Assembly: GCA_002633005.1 (NCBI GenBank)
Contig: NMRA01000015.1
Coordinates: 1,236,218 to 1,300,217 of the forward strand
Direction: 5' to 3'
Origin: Phoronis australis
Taxonomy: Eukaryota; Animalia; Phoronida
Length of the DNA: 64,000 bases
The notes below the pieces were generated by a model. That model was not told the origin of the DNA, did no database searches, and was given only the letters and a program-made list of their open reading frames with translations. Numbering within the stretch: the stretch's first letter is position 1; each line of letters starts with the position of its first letter. Of this stretch, positions 62,600 to 64,000 are shown in pieces. The translations under genes were made by a program, and so were the position numbers.

Positions 62600-63489
62600 A
62601 ATTGTGTAGTATGTATGTACCAATGAGTCTGTGAATATTTTTGTCCAAATACAATTGGGCAACTCTGTCCACATGTCTCCCAAGATGTCCATGTTGCCCC
62701 AAGATAAAGTTTCTGTATGCCTGATGTCAGACACATTCTGATCAGTCCCTGGCTTCAGTGTCATCACATTTCGTTGCACTTTGTCAAAGGCAGGTACACC
62801 TTCTCCAGGTAAAACACTTGGGAATCCTGAAAGCGTTGGTAAAATATATTTTAATGCGATTTCGGCATTCCTGCAGATTTGATAAGGAACATTTGTCTCT
62901 TGCAAATGAATTATAAACAACTGGCTGATGGGGGTTGACATCCTATATTGGACAATCAAAACGTATAGAATTATTTTCATTATTGCTGACTGAACTCACC
63001 ATTACTTTTATAAATTGACATTTGGTTGGTTTTGGATGGGATTTCCTACAGAGATTTGATTTGAGTTCTTGGCCAAATATTTGTTTTTCTTCAAAGGTGA
63101 TTTGAATTGTATGTCTGTATATCTGTTTAAACCAATTGAAGACTCAAAACTAAAGTAGCTATAGGAGTCTGTAAGATGTTTCCCATTGATATATGTAGTC
63201 AGTACTAAAAACTTCGTAGTGATTAAATTTTTATACAACCGTTTGGCGAATACTTACTGGTAATAATGAAACACAGTTAGCAGCTTGCTGCCCACAGCAC
63301 AGTTTTATTTCCGGTTGGCATTTCTTGACACCTGTGACACGGGCACCATGATGGATCTTCTGATGGTGCTGGGTAATGATCCAATGAAGTGAGCTTTGGT
63401 AGCCTAAATTCTAAACTCGGGTTCTTGCTTGGCGACATCGAACAGTAGGTCTCTCAATTCCTTCTTTTATTCCTGCGACTGACTCGACC
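62600..63489 (-). pseudogene. Spliced KolX / P2X7-ballast-like pseudogene (exons ~63489-63258 and 62826-~62600)
   Basis: PSWCPCHRCQEMPT/(frameshift)KLCCGQQAANCVSLLP|gtaagt; tttcag|...HQAYRNFILGQHGHLG...LPNCIWTKIF; frameshifts in both exons. Confidence 0.75.
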
Positions 63490-64000
63490 CTAAAGTGAGA
63501 GTAATTCATTGACTACATTCACAGTATTGAGAACAATTTTTGTAAGTTTTATTTGTATTGTAGGATTTATTTGCCAACACGTACAAAGACAACCACTGTA
63601 TGACTATAAGATTTTTCATTGAAATCATCTACTGGTTTAGGATTGGGTTTTGAAGAAACTCATAGACGGATAGGGGGCGCCCAGGGGGCCTGCCCTGCCC
63701 CCCCCCCCCTTGGCTGAGGGGGGCTCAGATCCGATCACACGTGTCGCGGGACCTGTGCAAATGCCTTCTCGTTTTTTTGTCCACTGTTAGCTCTGTAGTA
63801 CGAGGACCAAAAATTCGAGCCCCCTTGATTTTTCAGGCTGGGTTCTTGCATTCAATCGTAAAGCACAATTGCCCAAGACAAAATGTTGGGGCCCCTTTTA
63901 TGGTATCCTAGATCCGCCTCTGTAATTTGGAGGTGCAGCCATGGAATCATTTCTATCCCATGTACTAGGTCCAGTGCTCTAGTATTGCAAACCCAGTCCC

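Noticed and set aside
62585-62980. 131-aa ORF as an intact gene or a true P2RX7
   Set aside because: Conserved KolX-like motifs are split across frames and no P2X channel domain is present

Overview
AT-rich, intron-containing animal genomic DNA, probably a highly heterozygous marine invertebrate draft assembly (the species cannot be determined from the sequence). It has single-N joins at 8256, 29215 and 50236 and an N gap at 45133-45260. Three genes are supportable. (1) A USP16/USP45-type deubiquitinase on the minus strand, with 15 in-phase coding exons from 15178 to 18; the gene runs off the left edge. (2) A divergently oriented Myb/SANT-like (MSANTD/NAIF1, Harbinger-related) gene, with a first coding exon at 19431-19722 and a probable last coiled-coil exon at 49175-49577. 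(3) An intronless 931-aa signal peptide-LRR-LRRCT-Ig-TM receptor gene (37868-40663, minus), apparently nested antisense in the Myb/SANT gene. The rest is dense with transposon relics: Helentron/DINE-1-like elements, two Kolobok remnants carrying P2X7-ballast-like (KolX) sequence, an Academ fragment, Tx1/L1 and Penelope-like RT relics, and many MITEs with 5-bp TSDs. A ~3 kb tandem duplicate across a single N is probably two co-assembled alleles. The most striking observation is a Helentron-like family whose ~150-bp internal monomers each carry a CTCF-consensus-like motif. It is present in convergent orientation around the locus and appears insertion-polymorphic. All family assignments are from recalled motifs, not database searches.
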